The notes: generated by a model not told the origin, from the sequence alone. A stretch of DNA of 63,037 nucleotides, filler included, from Asterionella formosa (GCA_002256025.1; 8 parts of 8 records of this genome joined end to end with filler, not necessarily neighbours in it); one strand, 5' to 3'; numbered from the whole stretch's first letter, positions 12,984 to 26,382 are shown. Numbers and translations are program-made.

Positions 12984-15083
12984 ATGAGAGCAACTACCGG
13001 TAGTGATAATGACAGGAACGAATTGAAGTACCAACCTGAACAATATGGCTTTTCTACCATTGTTATTAATGAAGACAACGACATGACTAATATTCATGAT
13101 CAGCTTCCTTCGGTTGAAGATGCCAAGGCAAACATTATTCCGCAAAAGTATATAAAAATGACGAGAGAAAATGTGCATTTGATTCTTTGGATGCTTGCCA
13201 ATATATGTTGTATTGTACTTGTATCTTGTCTGGCATCCAAGTTTCAAAAGGAAAGGAAACTGCACATTTACAATCATAATTATGAAGAAGTGGTGAATGC
13301 TTTGTCTGGACATGTGGATATGAATGCTTTAAATACTCCAGGAACTCTTCAGAATAAGGCTGTCATTTGGATGGCAACCCACCATATGAAAAACGAAAAC
13401 ACTCTTCAACGATTTGCCTTGGTGCTTCTTTTTTTCTCAAATGTTGTGGTTCGTAAAGACGGCAATGACGAAACGTCTTGGGGGCAGCTGCAATTGAATT
13501 TTCGTCCATTGTATCATGAATGTGACTGGAATGAACTATTTCGTCGTTCTGATGATATGACTGTCATTACCATGGGTGTAGAATGTGACGAAAATGAAGA
13601 AGTGACCTCGGTTGTGCTTGGTAAGTTTTCTGATAGTTGGACTGTGCTGGTATGTAGTATGTACTATGAACGAGATAAAACTGACAGTGTAAGCATATAT
13701 ACCATTGTCCTCACACTCACCTCTACATGTTTAACTGATTTTCATTTCACAGAAAATATGAACTTGGTGGGTACTATACCTCTTGAGATTGCATTACTGA
13801 GCAAACTGACATTCTTATCTCTTGATGGGAATCAATTTACTGGATCAATCCCGAGTAATATGCAATACTTGACTATGCTCACGTCCTTGACTCTTGGGTA
13901 TAATGCCCTTGCTGCCTCGACGATTCCCCACTGGATTGGCTCCTTGACGAAGCTTCATGTACTGAACCTCGCTCACAATGCCTTTACAGGTACTATTCCT
14001 GAATCTCTTTTTGAGTGCCGTTCTATTGTCACGTTGAGTTTAAGTCACAATAATCTCACTGGGAACTTGAATGTATTGACTAGAATGACATGGCTTGAAC
14101 ATTTACTTATCAAGGACAATTCCTTGACTGGAGTTTGTGATGATTCTTTTTTTCAAAATCATGGCAATTTAAAATCATTGGATGCGTCAAATAACGTTTT
14201 GCAGGGCAAGGTGTCGCAAAATCTTTTACTCAAGGCCAGCTTGAGACTCTTGGATCTTGGTGGAAATTATATGAATGGTCCTATCCCTGAATTGAATACT
14301 AATTCCACAAGTGCCATTTTTAGTCGCCTTGAGTACTTGGCACTACAAGAGAATCGCTTTACTGGGTCGATTCCACGTTCGATTGGGACTGTTTTGACAA
14401 ATCTTGTGCATTTGGATATTTCCACAAATGGCCTTACAGGTGAGATCCCCACTTCCTTTACTGCACTAACTCAGTTGGAGTATTTATTCTTGGCCAACAA
14501 TACTGGTTTTACTGCTGGTCCTATTCCTTTGTTTTTAAAACAATTGACGGCACTTCAAGAGATTAGTTTCAAACATTCGAGTCGAACTGGGACTATTCCA
14601 AATTGGATTGGCAACATTGTTTCTATTTCCTTGCTTGATTTGGAATCGAACAAATTGACTGGAACTGTACCTTCTTCCATTGGTTCATTAACGAAGTTGG
14701 CTATTTTGCTACTCAATCACAATGACTTGACTGGAACACTTGTCAATGGAATGAGTCAACTATCCAATCTTGTTATTTTAGGTCTTGATAGGAATTCTAT
14801 TGTTGGGCATGCCGGAGATTTGTGCAACAAGGACAAGATGAGTCACGTTGAAGTCTTTACTAGTGACTGTCGAACAGACGAAAAGAAGCATTCTACTGAG
14901 TTTACATGTTCATGCTGTACAACATGTTGCAAGGATTCGGACACGTCTTGTAATGATGGTTGGTTGTTGGCATTTCATGGCGTTCCAAGTACTAGCAAGA
15001 GCAGCATCATATTATCTCGAAATGACAATGCCTTTTATTCTGACCATGTTGACTATATTCCAGTCAAGGCGACGCAAAATTAA
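12984..15083 (+). CDS. Membrane-anchored LRR receptor-like protein (no kinase); intron 13621-13752
   Basis: N-terminal TM (LILWMLANICCIVLVSCLA), LQRFALVLLFFS/ECDW/GVECD cap, more than 12 plant-type LxxLxLxxNxLxGxIP repeats, and a C-terminal CSCCTTCC. Removing GTAAGT...TTTCACAG restores SVVLENMNLVGTIP. Confidence 0.88.
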   Translation: MRATTGSDNDRNELKYQPEQYGFSTIVINEDNDMTNIHDQLPSVEDAKANIIPQKYIKMTRENVHLILWMLANICCIVLVSCLASKFQKERKLHIYNHNYEEVVNALSGHVDMNALNTPGTLQNKAVIWMATHHMKNENTLQRFALVLLFFSNVVVRKDGNDETSWGQLQLNFRPLYHECDWNELFRRSDDMTVITMGVECDENEEVTSVVLGKFSDSWTVLVCSMYYERDKTDSVSIYTIVLTLTSTCLTDFHFTENMNLVGTIPLEIALLSKLTFLSLDGNQFTGSIPSNMQYLTMLTSLTLGYNALAASTIPHWIGSLTKLHVLNLAHNAFTGTIPESLFECRSIVTLSLSHNNLTGNLNVLTRMTWLEHLLIKDNSLTGVCDDSFFQNHGNLKSLDASNNVLQGKVSQNLLLKASLRLLDLGGNYMNGPIPELNTNSTSAIFSRLEYLALQENRFTGSIPRSIGTVLTNLVHLDISTNGLTGEIPTSFTALTQLEYLFLANNTGFTAGPIPLFLKQLTALQEISFKHSSRTGTIPNWIGNIVSISLLDLESNKLTGTVPSSIGSLTKLAILLLNHNDLTGTLVNGMSQLSNLVILGLDRNSIVGHAGDLCNKDKMSHVEVFTSDCRTDEKKHSTEFTCSCCTTCCKDSDTSCNDGWLLAFHGVPSTSKSSIILSRNDNAFYSDHVDYIPVKATQN

Positions 15084-15239
15084 GGTTTGTTGTGGGGAAA
15101 GGTGTCATTACTATATGAAGATTAAAAGTTTCTTTTATATGAGATTTTGAAATTGAAGTGTCAGCAAGGACTGTAATAATTTCTTTTCTGCGAAATAAAG
15201 GACGTTACTAGAAAATATGTATTTATGTATGAAGCTGAT

Positions 15240-16867
15240 TTATTCGATTGTCATCATGTACGATGGTGTAGGTTCAATTTGAATAATTTGCTTTCCACCC
15301 CACATGGCTTCCAACGCATCTTCAAGGTCCGAAATGTTGATAAACATATTATCAATCGTCGAAGGGGGTTGGTAAAAGAGTTCATGGTAATCCAATGGTA
15401 GACTTCGAAAGGATCGATAATATCCTTGAAAGGCAGAGTGAATATTTTCTGTTTCAGAGGTGCACATGAATTCCAAAACCTTGGTACGAGCCTCACATCC
15501 TTTTGGATTTGGATTGGTCCAAACCATACTGGAAATACCAGTCCCATGAGGTCCAATAATGGCACTCGCCCGACGAAATGCCAAAAACTGTTGTTCCACA
15601 GACAGAGTATGCCCATTCTCATCTTGACCATTGTAAATCAAAATAGGTTCCTCCTTCATCCCGTACTTGTCCATGTACTTGCGTATCGTAGCCAATATTT
15701 GTTCTTGTATTTGAGCATTTAATACACGACCTCCATGAACATCACTCGAGGATGATCGATCATAAAATAAGACATGTTTGTTGACCTGGTAGTCTCTATA
15801 ATCCATAGGATGTACTTGTACTAACCAATTTCTCAAGTACGACATGAGTACATGACCATTATGTTCTGCTCCTCGTCCATTGGGCATGACATACATGACT
15901 TGTCCTTGGACTTGAATCACTTCCCCCTGTTGTATCCATTCTACACGCTGGTACATGTCTGGATCTAAGAATTGTACAATTTCTTTTGCCTTTTTTGTAT
16001 CAACAAGTATATACTTGGCATTGTCCTTTCCATATTTGTCATTCGTGATTTTTTGTAAGTATGCCATGGTTGGGAAATGATCATGCATCATGTGTCCATA
16101 ATGTCCATTGAACCACGCGGTGTAAAATGTATACTTGCCCACCAATGTTCGTGTTGGCACAATGTTTGGATTGGGTGGATCGATCCATCCATTTCCTTTT
16201 GCAACTGTAATAGTAGGAGTAGTACTACTAGTACTAGTACTTGTTGTTGTCCACATGCTGGAATGAGATATCATCCCTTCTGTAGCCCATACTACCAATG
16301 TTGGATTGTCCATTTCTGCCACGGCAGGTACATCATCATCCCAATCATTCCAAAAGTATCGTGTTGTATAAATGTTTATATAGTCGGAAAGGACCAATGG
16401 ATTGTGTTCATGAACTATAGCATGATAGGGTAGATTCAAACATGTGCCCTCGTTGGTTAGAAACTAAAAATGAAAATGTGAAGTGAGTGAGTAAGTGTGT
16501 GTGTGTATGTGATACTTTGACAAATCAACTCAACTCAAACCAACTAATGAAATATATATGTAACCAAAACCAAGACTTTGACAAATCAACTCAAACCAAC
16601 TAATCTAATCTAACCAAACCAACGAAAAATACTAAACATGTATATATAAATAAAACCAAATCCAAACAATATACGTACCACATGTTGAACCTTGACATTC
16701 CCTGACATGGACAAGGCAGTATTCAATTGTCGATTTTTGAAATCATTAGGATCATTCATCATCGACATGATGGGATTGAACCATGTGACAATGCATGTCA
16801 ACAACAACAACGATAACAGCACTACCTTATTGGTAGTCGTTGTCGTTGCCGTCGTCGTCGAACTCAT
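15240..16867 (-). CDS. Glycosyltransferase family 61 (DUF563)-like type II membrane protein; exons 16867-16679 and 16463-15240
   Basis: TM anchor VVLLSLLLLTCIVTWF, HYGHMMHDHFP, SVEQQFLAFRRASAIIGPHGTG, and KVLEF. Phase-0 intron GTACGT...TTTTTAG at 16678-16464 joins the two ORFs. Confidence 0.78.
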
Positions 16868-17271
16868 TGTTGTCTATATACCGGGTATATAGATATACTA
16901 TAAAATGAACGAATGTAAAGTGACTGTGCTGTGCAACAAACAAAAGTGGAGTTACACTAAGCGAAGTCCTGTAATCTAACGATTGTACTGACAATAGATT
17001 CCGGTACTACACATATGTATGCATCTTTGATACTTTGCTACTACCGTTATCTGCTACCAGTACTATTATAGGAGCGAGTATTTTCAGAAATAAGCAAAAA
17101 GCCGATCTAAAACTACCGGTACCGGACCGGTTATTCTTACGGCAATGTGCAGGTAAGAATGACTATTTTAGTCATTCGTTGCAACATACTGCTAGACATT
17201 TAGGTCTTTGGGTCATTATAGAATGGGTGGTAATATATACCGGGTATATCAACATCACTGTATCTACTGTA

Positions 17272-17367
17272 CCTGCAAGTTGCGGTAATTTTGCTGATAC
17301 TAAAAGTTTAGCTATCTTTATCCGATATTAAATTTTTAGTTTAAGCAAAATTACCGCAACTTGCTGG
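17272..17367. mobile_element. 96-bp TA-flanked MITE, copy 1
   Basis: TA|CCTGCAAGTTGCGGTAATTTTGCT...AGCAAAATTACCGCAACTTGCTGG|TA, a 24-bp TIR with one mismatch. Further copies at 53622 and 60900. Confidence 0.85.
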
Positions 17368-17564
17368 TATTCCATGCATACATATGATAGAAGAAAAATA
17401 ACAAGTATATTTATATATAAATATACTCATTGTGTAAAAAGGATGATACCAGGTACCGGTTGTATGTCAAATACAGGAAGTATGCACAGTGCACAAATTA
17501 GTGACACTGGCATCATTCCCTTCTCCCACACAACATTGCTACCAGTATATACATGGATAGGGAG

Positions 17565-17664
17565 NNNNNNNNNNNNNNNNNNNNNNNNNNNNNNNNNNNN
17601 NNNNNNNNTTAATTAATTAANNNNNNNNNNNNNNNNNNNNNNNNNNNNNNNNNNNNNNNNNNNN
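17565..17664. other. Artificial contig-join spacer
   Basis: 100 bases: Ns around TTAATTAATTAA. Confidence 0.97.
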
Positions 17665-18045
17665 GATAGTGTTTAGGAGGGGGGAGCAAAAGTTATCATA
17701 GCTGAACGCATTCGAAACGTGTATAAACAATAGATGGTGGCATGCCATGGCTGCTCTTGGCTGACAGCTGCCAGGTCAAGTACAAACACAATGAGCGAGG
17801 GTGCACAAAAGACAGTCCAATTTTAATCGACTGCTGGCTGATACTTAGTTGTGAGACTCACCATTCTGCAATGGGGTGGACATTGATCATTGCTTCGTTT
17901 AAAGCACAATCAATTCAAATGCTGTCCAGTGAAACAGTCAATGAAAACAATTGTGGCGAAAAAGCGCAGAACAGATCAAGAGATTTCATAGGAATTAAAA
18001 TAACAGGGCACATATGATGCACTGCTCCTTGTGTAGACTAGCTAT
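17665..18045 (+). pseudogene. 3' remnant of an IS630/Tc1/mariner-like transposase
   Basis: Colinear, diverged copy of 62678-63037, which lies immediately downstream of the transposase motifs there. Confidence 0.7.
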
Positions 18046-19799
18046 ATTTGATCATTTCCATATTTCATATACAGGTGCATGGATGACTCCTCCCTAAAAA
18101 TTGAAAAAACTCAACAGGTCATGGAAAACTATGAACTCATCATGCATTGTTGTATATATTTGAATTATGTATAATCAAAATTGATGAAAGTATACACAGG
18201 ATGTGCCGTATCATGAGGGTGTTCAAATATATATAAAGTTAAACTTCTTACAAATCGTTATATATATATGTATTCATGGCTGAAACATTTGAAATCATGT
18301 TTTCATGTGGTTCCTTGTCATGCATACACTTTGCTCCTGAATTGAAGGATTGACACAGATGATGACGCGGAAAACGAAAGTGATAATAAAGCACAATGAT
18401 ACTTGCGGCTTAGAAGAGAAGGGCGGAATCAAATGATGGTAAGTCAAGAGCAAATGCCTTTCATGTTCCTTGTCATTCTGCATACACTTCCTGAAATGAA
18501 GGATCTCAAGCAACGAAAAACTGAAGTGGCAATACACCGTGCGGCTAAGAAGAAGTGAATATGATGGGCGGAGAAGGGCGGAATCAACAAGCTGTGTATA
18601 GTATCACAGCATGTCAAGAGCACATGCCAAGATGATCAATTGTTGAGATTACAATTACGAAATGACTCGTCCCCTTGCTTTCAGTGATTCAATAGCTCCT
18701 TTTCGATTTGGTTACTGCTGACCAACCATCAATGGCTGTGGACAAAAGAAATCGGTAGGTGCTATCAGCCATCTTTGGATCAATCTACAACTGTTAGAAA
18801 AACTGACACATATGTGTTGCTTCTTTCAGGATAATGGTAGAAAAACAGTAATTGTAAGTTACAAACAGCAGTGTTGGAGCCCATTTATTGATCGATACTT
18901 TTCTTCTCATTCAATCTTCGACTGACACATTCTTCTACAGAAATATGCATCAGTTACTTCCTCAATTTTTGGTAAGTGAAGGGAGATAGAAGCGAAGAAA
19001 TGCATGTTGTTGTGTAAGCAAAACATGAACAGCTAACAATGAATTGCTTCTCTTTGTTTGTATGGCTGATTGGAACAACGAAACGGATTCAATAGTAATA
19101 GGAAAATGCGTGAATGCAAACTCAGAACAACCCTCAGGAGTAAATAGAACAAAGCAAGCAGGGGAACAACGGCAAGGCAACCGGTACAACAACCTTCAGA
19201 ATTGGATTGGGGGGAATGTGGAAGTGAAAGTGAATGCTGAAGCATCAATCATTGCAATGAGAGAATTGTAGAACATTCTGTAGCCACTCAAGATATAGAA
19301 ACATAGAACCATTCTTAGCTAAATATAGTTCTAAATTTCGATCAATTTCATCCCATTCTAGACAGTGATATCGATGAGAATTACGATCATTCTTAGATAG
19401 ATGTATGACAAAAGTATACACATCATGTGACCATGTTTAACTAGTTATATGATGCAATGGTATTATAACTATGATAGTCTCATCATACTTCAAGCTCGGT
19501 AAATGTTTACTGCATGATCATAATTATATGATACATTGATCATATTTTTGATCGAAAAACTATCATGTATGTGAAAATCCTGTGCCACTTAGCGTACAAT
19601 ACCCTTGATCATATTTTCATGCTATTTTTTATTTACAGACGTTGTCCTTACAAACATCTCATGATGCCTGCCTTCTCAAGACTGAAGATGCCATTCTGAA
19701 AGAATTGCTTTGTTTGATTGCATATCGAGATTTGTTTCCCATGTAATGTTAAATACCGGCAGTTGAATTAGAAATTAACATATTTGATTGTACTTTTAA

Positions 19800-19965
19800 A
19801 TTACGTTAACAAATTTAATACATTACGTGAACTATATTATAGAATTACGTGAACAAAATTATAAGGCAATGTGAACTAAATTACAGAATTAAGTGAAGTA
19901 TTTCAAATAATTATGTGAAGTATTTCAAATAATTACGTGAAGTATTTCAAATAATTATGTGAAGG
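19800..19965 (+). repeat. ~22-bp minisatellite, ~7 units (AATTAYGTGAAGTATTTCAAAT)
   Basis: Three near-perfect units at 19887-19953, preceded by diverged units. Confidence 0.85.
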
Positions 19966-20442
19966 TGATCACGTAATATAGTGATGATCAGGAATGCATG
20001 CATGATTCTCTGATCAAATAAGTAACGTGATTCAGATAATATATAGATTTATTCTAGTAAGCATTTTGATGTATTCAACTAATTCATGTGATCAATTCAA
20101 AATCAACTAGGCTTATTTACGTGATTGTCACTTCACGTAATACGCGGCTTAGATGTACACAGTGTTAAAATTCATTATTTATGTCTGTTGTTACTTTTAT
20201 TCTGCATTAGCTATTATATCAACTAGTACCTGCCTTCCATACAAAATCTTGGATGCTTCTTTGCTGCAGCCACCATCGGACGATTCTCGTACATCCTGGT
20301 ATTATAAAAATGGCTGATGGAAACGTGGGGCGAAACGACGACTGTTTGTACTACAACCAAGGAAAACACTACCGGTACTGGTACTGGTATACTGTATCGT
20401 TTCCTCGCAATAAAGAGATGTAGCAGACCAAACAGACCACGT

Positions 20443-20648
20443 TGAGCGATCTTGCGCATCAATACAGATGTATATAGGGTTAGTGTTATTTCATACATGT
20501 ATCAGAATTCAGTAATGAGAGAACTCGACTAGTGCTAACCCACATTGTATACTTTGGTGTCGACTTATTAGAGAACGAGTTACACACAAGGATTAACAAA
20601 TAAGATCATATATTCAACAAATACTTCTACTTCTAGTTAGATACTTCA
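20443..20648 (+). mobile_element. Solo gypsy LTR (206 bp, TGAG...TTCA)
   Basis: Full-length match to the reverse complement of the 3' LTR at 21262-21456. TG...CA termini, followed by CCAGG. Confidence 0.85.
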
Positions 20649-21261
20649 CCAGGTACCAATCTCACCTTGTTTGTCCGAGACGTGTTATTGCATACTCAAC
20701 ATCATCTACAGGTACCGGTACCAACGTCACCTTTCTTGTTTGTACGAGAAGAACGTGTGATTGTTGCGTACCAGGTACCTGGTACCTGTACCGGTACCAG
20801 TAGGTCTATGGTGGTGCAATGTGGTGCAGCGACAATATGACGTCAGCAAGGAGTGCCTTTGTTAAAAATTCATTACCGGTAGAAACCTATATATGTGATA
20901 CAAAATGCTAGCAATACTTTATTAGTACCGGTATGTCCTATTACATGTGTGTGCCGGGTAGTCTACGGCCGTTGGCTACTACAAAATTCATATCTTATAT
21001 GAATCTGATCGTGATCCTATGTTGAAAATATCACTATGGTAGTGCAGGCCGTAGCACGGATTTTATGTATGGATAGTCTGATGGTGCAATTTTGGTTTCT
21101 CTAAGTAATAGTGGTGCAATCGGTGGTGCAATTGTGGTGCAAATGCCAATGGGCAGTTGAATTTACATATAGTTTCCTCTTTTTCAACCCTGTTTGGGAA
21201 AAGTCCCGGTATTCCGTTTCTAATCATTCTACCCTCTACCTGTAGTTACATTGGTACCAGG

Positions 21262-21456
21262 TGAAGTATCTAACTAGAAGTAGTAGTATTTATTGAATAT
21301 ATGAGCTTATTAATTAATCCTTATGTACAACTCATTTCCTGAACTGACATCAAAGTATAGAATGGGTGTTAGTCGAGTTCTCTTATTATTGAATTCCGAT
21401 ATATTTGATATATTCCTAACCCTATGTACATCTGTATCACTGTGCAGGATTGCTCA
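21262..21456 (-). repeat. 3' LTR (195 bp) of the gypsy element
   Basis: Starts TGAGCAATC after the PPT (21457-21465), ends AGATACTTCA, then CCTGG. Confidence 0.85.
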
Positions 21457-21482
21457 CTCTCCCACACTTGAGGGAAAACCTT

Positions 21483-22847
21483 TTACCTATGAAAAGGTTT
21501 GATACGACGAATATTAATTCGTTCTGCAATGTGCATAGTGCGTTGAAAGGTTACTGTACCATTGGCATGTATTTGAATAATTGTATAAGGACCTCGTCCA
21601 CGATAATCCAAAGTAGTAGGATTATCCAATAATATTAAAATCTCGTAACCCACTTTGTAATCATAAGATCGACGACGGAAATTAGCATGACGTGAACGTT
21701 CGTCAATTATCACTTGTCGACGTTGATATATTAATTGTAAATCTGTAATCAAAGGAATATTTAATATCATATCACGTTGAAAAACCCATGCTCCTGGTGA
21801 AATACGTAATATACTATGAAAAGTAGCTCGAGCTGCATATGACGCAGCTGCAAAACATCTATCCACAATATTTTGGGCTTGAAATTCATTGATTGGAGGA
21901 TGAGCCTTTAACATAACTCGTAGACTATTGCTGATGGATTGATGTAAACGTTCACAGATAGCATTTGCTTGCTGGGGATTCTTTACTGTAGTAGTCACAT
22001 CTTTGATTCCATTCAATACTAACATGTGTAAGAAAGGAACACCAGTAAATTCACCTCCATTGTCATGTTTACAACGTTCTGGACGGGGATATCTGGCTAA
22101 CCAATCATTTTCAAATTTCATCGCAATATATTCTGATGATTTGTTAGTGATACGTGAATTTTCTGCTAAATTGGTGACTGTGTCAATACAAGTTAGAGCA
22201 CGAAATTCAATCGCTTGAGCAGCCACTGTTATCTTCCATGGACCAATTAGAGCTACTGCAACTTCTGACCATGGTAATAACAATGCATTCCTGGGTAGAA
22301 GTTCACCATAACCAGTACCAGGTAATTTTGTAGGTTGACATGCTTCACATATACTTACAATATGTTCCACTTTTGCTTTTAATGTAGGGTGACAAAAATG
22401 TGTAGCAATTGTGGCATTTAATCTTGTCATACCCAAATGAGCTAACATCTGATGATACCAATAAATAATAGGATCCAATAATAAAGTAGGAATAGCAATA
22501 CGCCAAGTATCTCCTGGATTCTTCACAAAACATATTAAAAATATATCATGAAAATTCATAGAAGGAAATTTTAATGGATGTGTTTGTTGATTGAGAATCA
22601 ATTGTATATCCAGCAATTGTCTATCATGTATTAAATGATAATCCAGAGGATATTGAATATTGTCTGTCGAGATGGGATGATTAAGAAAACATGTAAGCAA
22701 AGGTTCATCAACTAATTCAATTGAAAAAGTATAAGTGGAAGTTGATGTTGGAGATGTCGGTCCAATATCAATATCATCCCCCACCAAAGACTCAAGCCTC
22801 GGGAGGCGAGAGATGAAATCTGTAATAGCATTTTCAGTCACTTTCAC
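21483..22847 (-). pseudogene. Gypsy integrase segment
   Basis: HHCC zinc finger (WYHQMLAHLG...CEACQ). Core VAVALIGPW with the first catalytic D mutated to A, HDNGGEF and NAICER. GPY motif. Confidence 0.9.
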
Positions 22848-22913
22848 GTAGTAGTGAAAAATAGGATGATATTCTTCAATGTAAAGTCTCCACCGTAGAA
22901 CACGTTGAGTATG

Positions 22914-23378
22914 TTAAGTATTATAAATATGATTTCGATGATCAGTGTGAACATGTAGAGCTGCGCCCAATAACATAGAGCGAAATTCTTTGAAAGTTTC
23001 TACCAAAGAAAGTAATTCTTTTTCAATAGTAGTATAATTCTTTTGAGCAGCAGATAATTTGCGAGAATAATAAGCAACTGGGAGATCATTTTGCATAATG
23101 ACCGACCCTAATTGATAATAAGAGGCATCAGTAAAGATATGAAAAGGAAGATTATGGTCAGGATAACGCATGAGTGTATCTGCTACTAACAATGCCTTCA
23201 TTTCTTCAAAAGCTTGTTGATGGATAGGTAACCAGACAAATGGACTAGTTCCAATTAAATCCGTAAGTGGTCCAAGAACATGAGATCGTCTAGGAAACAT
23301 GTCTCGATAGTAAGTAACAGCACCGAGAAATGATCGAACTTGTTTAAGATTGGTAGGAGGTGAAGACATATTAATCAA
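22914..23378 (-). pseudogene. Gypsy RT thumb / RNase H segment
   Basis: [13 protein letters not shown] and [46 protein letters not shown]. Confidence 0.92.
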
Positions 23379-23429
23379 TGCTTGGACCTTTTTAGACCAA
23401 GGTTTCAGTCCATTAGGAATTAACCAATA

Positions 23430-24335
23430 CTAGCCTAACCAACAATCTGTCTCTTGGACGGCCCATTCACACTTAGATGGATTAATTGTAAAATCATTTG
23501 TCTGTAAACCATGTAAAATAATGTCCAATAAATGAAGGTGATCTGACAAATTCATTGAAAAACAACCCACATCATCAATATAAATTTCCACATCATCAAA
23601 ATCACTAAGGATCTGTTCCATAGTTTCTTGTGCAATATCAGATGATTGTTTCACCCCCATAGGCAGGCGTAAATATTTGTATAAACCAAATGGAGTTGAA
23701 ATAACGCACAAGTTTTGACTCTCCACATCCAATGCAAAAGTATAGTATTGCATAGCAACATCCAATTTGGTGAAAAATACATATCCAGTACGTTTAGTGA
23801 GATTAGTTTGTAAAGGGTATATATTACGATTGATGACTTTATTGAGTTCACGAAAATCTGATACCCATCGGACACTTCCAACCTTTTTTGGAATAATAAA
23901 GGTGGGAGATGCCCATTTAGAAGCACCACATTTTCGTAGGACTACAATATCACATAATCGTTGTAATTCCGTTTTGAAAACTTCTAAATGAATATGAGCG
24001 ACCGGATATGCTCGTTGATGACGAGGGACAGCATTTGATAATAATTCCAAATGTACCTGTTTATGAGGATAGACTTCTAATTTGCCATCAAATAATGTTT
24101 GATATTTAACCAATATAGATCGTAAACATGATCGTTGTATTGTTGTCAAATGTATCTCTTTATCCACCACTGTATCAATATTTACGTAATTATATTCAGC
24201 AGCTTTAATTTCCAGCGCATGTGAAGATTCCACAATCATAGGTGCATCAAAATATAATAATACATCTCGTAAACGTTCTCCATCATCAAAGAATGTGAGA
24301 GGATGCATAGGAACAATCATATCCATACAGGACAT
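23430..24335 (-). pseudogene. Gypsy reverse transcriptase segment
   Basis: WASPTFIIPKK, RWVSDFRELNK, TPFGLYKYLRLPMG, YIDD and INPSKCEW. Confidence 0.93.
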
Positions 24336-24417
24336 GGTGTTATTTACGAAATCAATGGTTAAACCAACTTGACGGAGGAAATCACGTCCTAAAATAACAT
24401 CAAATGTGCATAGACCA

Positions 24418-24720
24418 TTAAAAGACTTGACATTTTTGTTGTAAAATATGAGCGGATCGATTAAATTCTGGTAGAATCAGGTCATATAGCATGACACTGG
24501 CATGAGATGAATAAGTACCAGCTATGGTATGTATTAATTGGGAAGTCTCGTTAGACAAAGAAATACCTTGAGGCATAACCCGTTCATATATTAAGGATAA
24601 CGATCCTCCAATATCGAATAATACTCGTAGTATTTTATGCATAGGTATATCATCCACCAATCGTGGCGCTAAAAGGGACATCGGAATCAAATCAATTGAT
24701 GTTAAAATATCCTTAGAAGT
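24418..24720 (-). pseudogene. Gypsy aspartic protease segment
   Basis: LRVLFDIGGSLSLI (degenerate D-S/T-G site) and IHTIAG. FDVILGRDFL follows in another frame. Confidence 0.7.
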
Positions 24721-26382
24721 AAAACAGGAAACCGGAATTGGGCCCTGATATGTATGTGGAACGTCATGTCCACCAATACAGTTATATATGTCCCGCGTTA
24801 CAGCAGCAGCGGTATCCATAGTGTATTCAACCTGTATGTAAACAATATTATTCAGGTGATGACTAACGTGAGATATACTCAACGAGTCATTATAAATAGC
24901 ATCGTTATTATCGCACATACCTCTGTGATGGCGATCAGCAATCTGCTGTTGTGTAGGAGGGACAAAAGTCACTATCTGACCAGCAGGAGGGTTCGTGACC
25001 ACTGAAATTTCCTGGGCTGATGTATTCTCGGTAAGATCGGCACGTGGCACGGTACCCCAACCGGATGGATGAGTATTATGACAACATGCATTTAACATAT
25101 GAGCATGTGGAACAGGCACAGGGTTAGCAGTGTCAGTATGACGCCAGTAGCGATTCTTTGCCTAACGGATGCGGTTGATTGTTGGATTGCTTGTCTTCTC
25201 GAGGTATTCATGTAGTCGCATCGTCCATATTTCGTCGGACGCATGATGATATCGATACATCTGATGTTGGTGGCAAGTTTTTGCTCCGGTCATGTATGTA
25301 ATGATGCTTAACGGATATTCTACCGGTACCGGCAGTCATCTAGTCTACATACGTACGTGGTACTAAAAACAACCATGCATGCTTTAACGCTTACTTTGAA
25401 CACGTTATAATATTATCTCTGTAGACTCGGTATTATTTTTACGAGACCTGAAATGTTGAATTATATCGTTCACATATTCATTGATTTTACATACCGTATG
25501 CCCGATTTCGTCCTCACAAATATAGTTCTCACTCTATCTTGCCTGCCTTTGCTCTTTTCGGGCTTGCAATAGGCAACTTTCGTCTTTCTTTTATCCCATC
25601 GTCTGCTGCTTGTTATGCTAGTTGAAGCGGATCGGTGAGTACAACAGTGAAATACTGAATGTGGATTGTAGGTCGTATTTATCGACTTTCCGATTTGATT
25701 GCTTCCGTGGTTTGTTTTGATCGCTTCCATCGTTGTTTGTCGTTACGCACTGTCGTTTTGTTTCGATTGTACATATCTACATGAGAACCAATGCATTTAT
25801 CAATGACCACTCATTGAAGATGTGGTATTGTGCCGTTGTTGATCGTATTTGTTGATTTGTATAGTCGTTGACAATGATGTCAATATTGCCGCCAAACAAT
25901 GCTTTTCTTGTACTAACGCGCTTTGCTACATTTCTACTACGAGTTCGTATCAGAAGCTACATGACGAATACTCAGCTAGAGAGAGTCAATAGTTCTGGAG
26001 CAGCGTGGCGATCAAGCTTGCTCAGAATGGAATGATCAGGGTTGCTTGTTTGGTGGGCAGCGGAGAGGAATGACTGTGGCGGAAATACTGCTACTGGTGT
26101 CAGGCTGCTACAGCGATGCGCATTGTTGCAGAAACCAGACCATTTACGCTACATGACGATGTAGGTCAAGATTGGGTTCAGCTTTTCCCTTCTTATTTTG
26201 GTCTTCGATTGTGTGGTGATGGAAAGTGAATGTTGCCTGGTGTGTAAGTACTACAATGATTCACAATGCATACGTCTCCATTGGAACTCTTATTTTTTAT
26301 TTCATTTCTAACCCAAAACAATTTTTTCTATTTCTCATTTGATGCTACTTATTACATCGCATTTCATACTTTGGTTGCTCCA

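Larger units (their letters stand above)
21262..25150 (-). mobile_element. Degenerate Ty3/gypsy LTR retrotransposon (PR-RT-RH-INT, PPT, 3' LTR; gag and 5' LTR not seen)
   Basis: Domain order is diagnostic for gypsy. Pol is broken by frameshifts and stops. Purine-rich GTGGGAGAG lies directly before the 3' LTR. The 5' boundary is approximate. Confidence 0.92.

Noticed and set aside
17665..18030. Assembly overlap with 62678-63037
   Set aside because: Many substitutions and indels indicate paralogous TE copies rather than the same locus.
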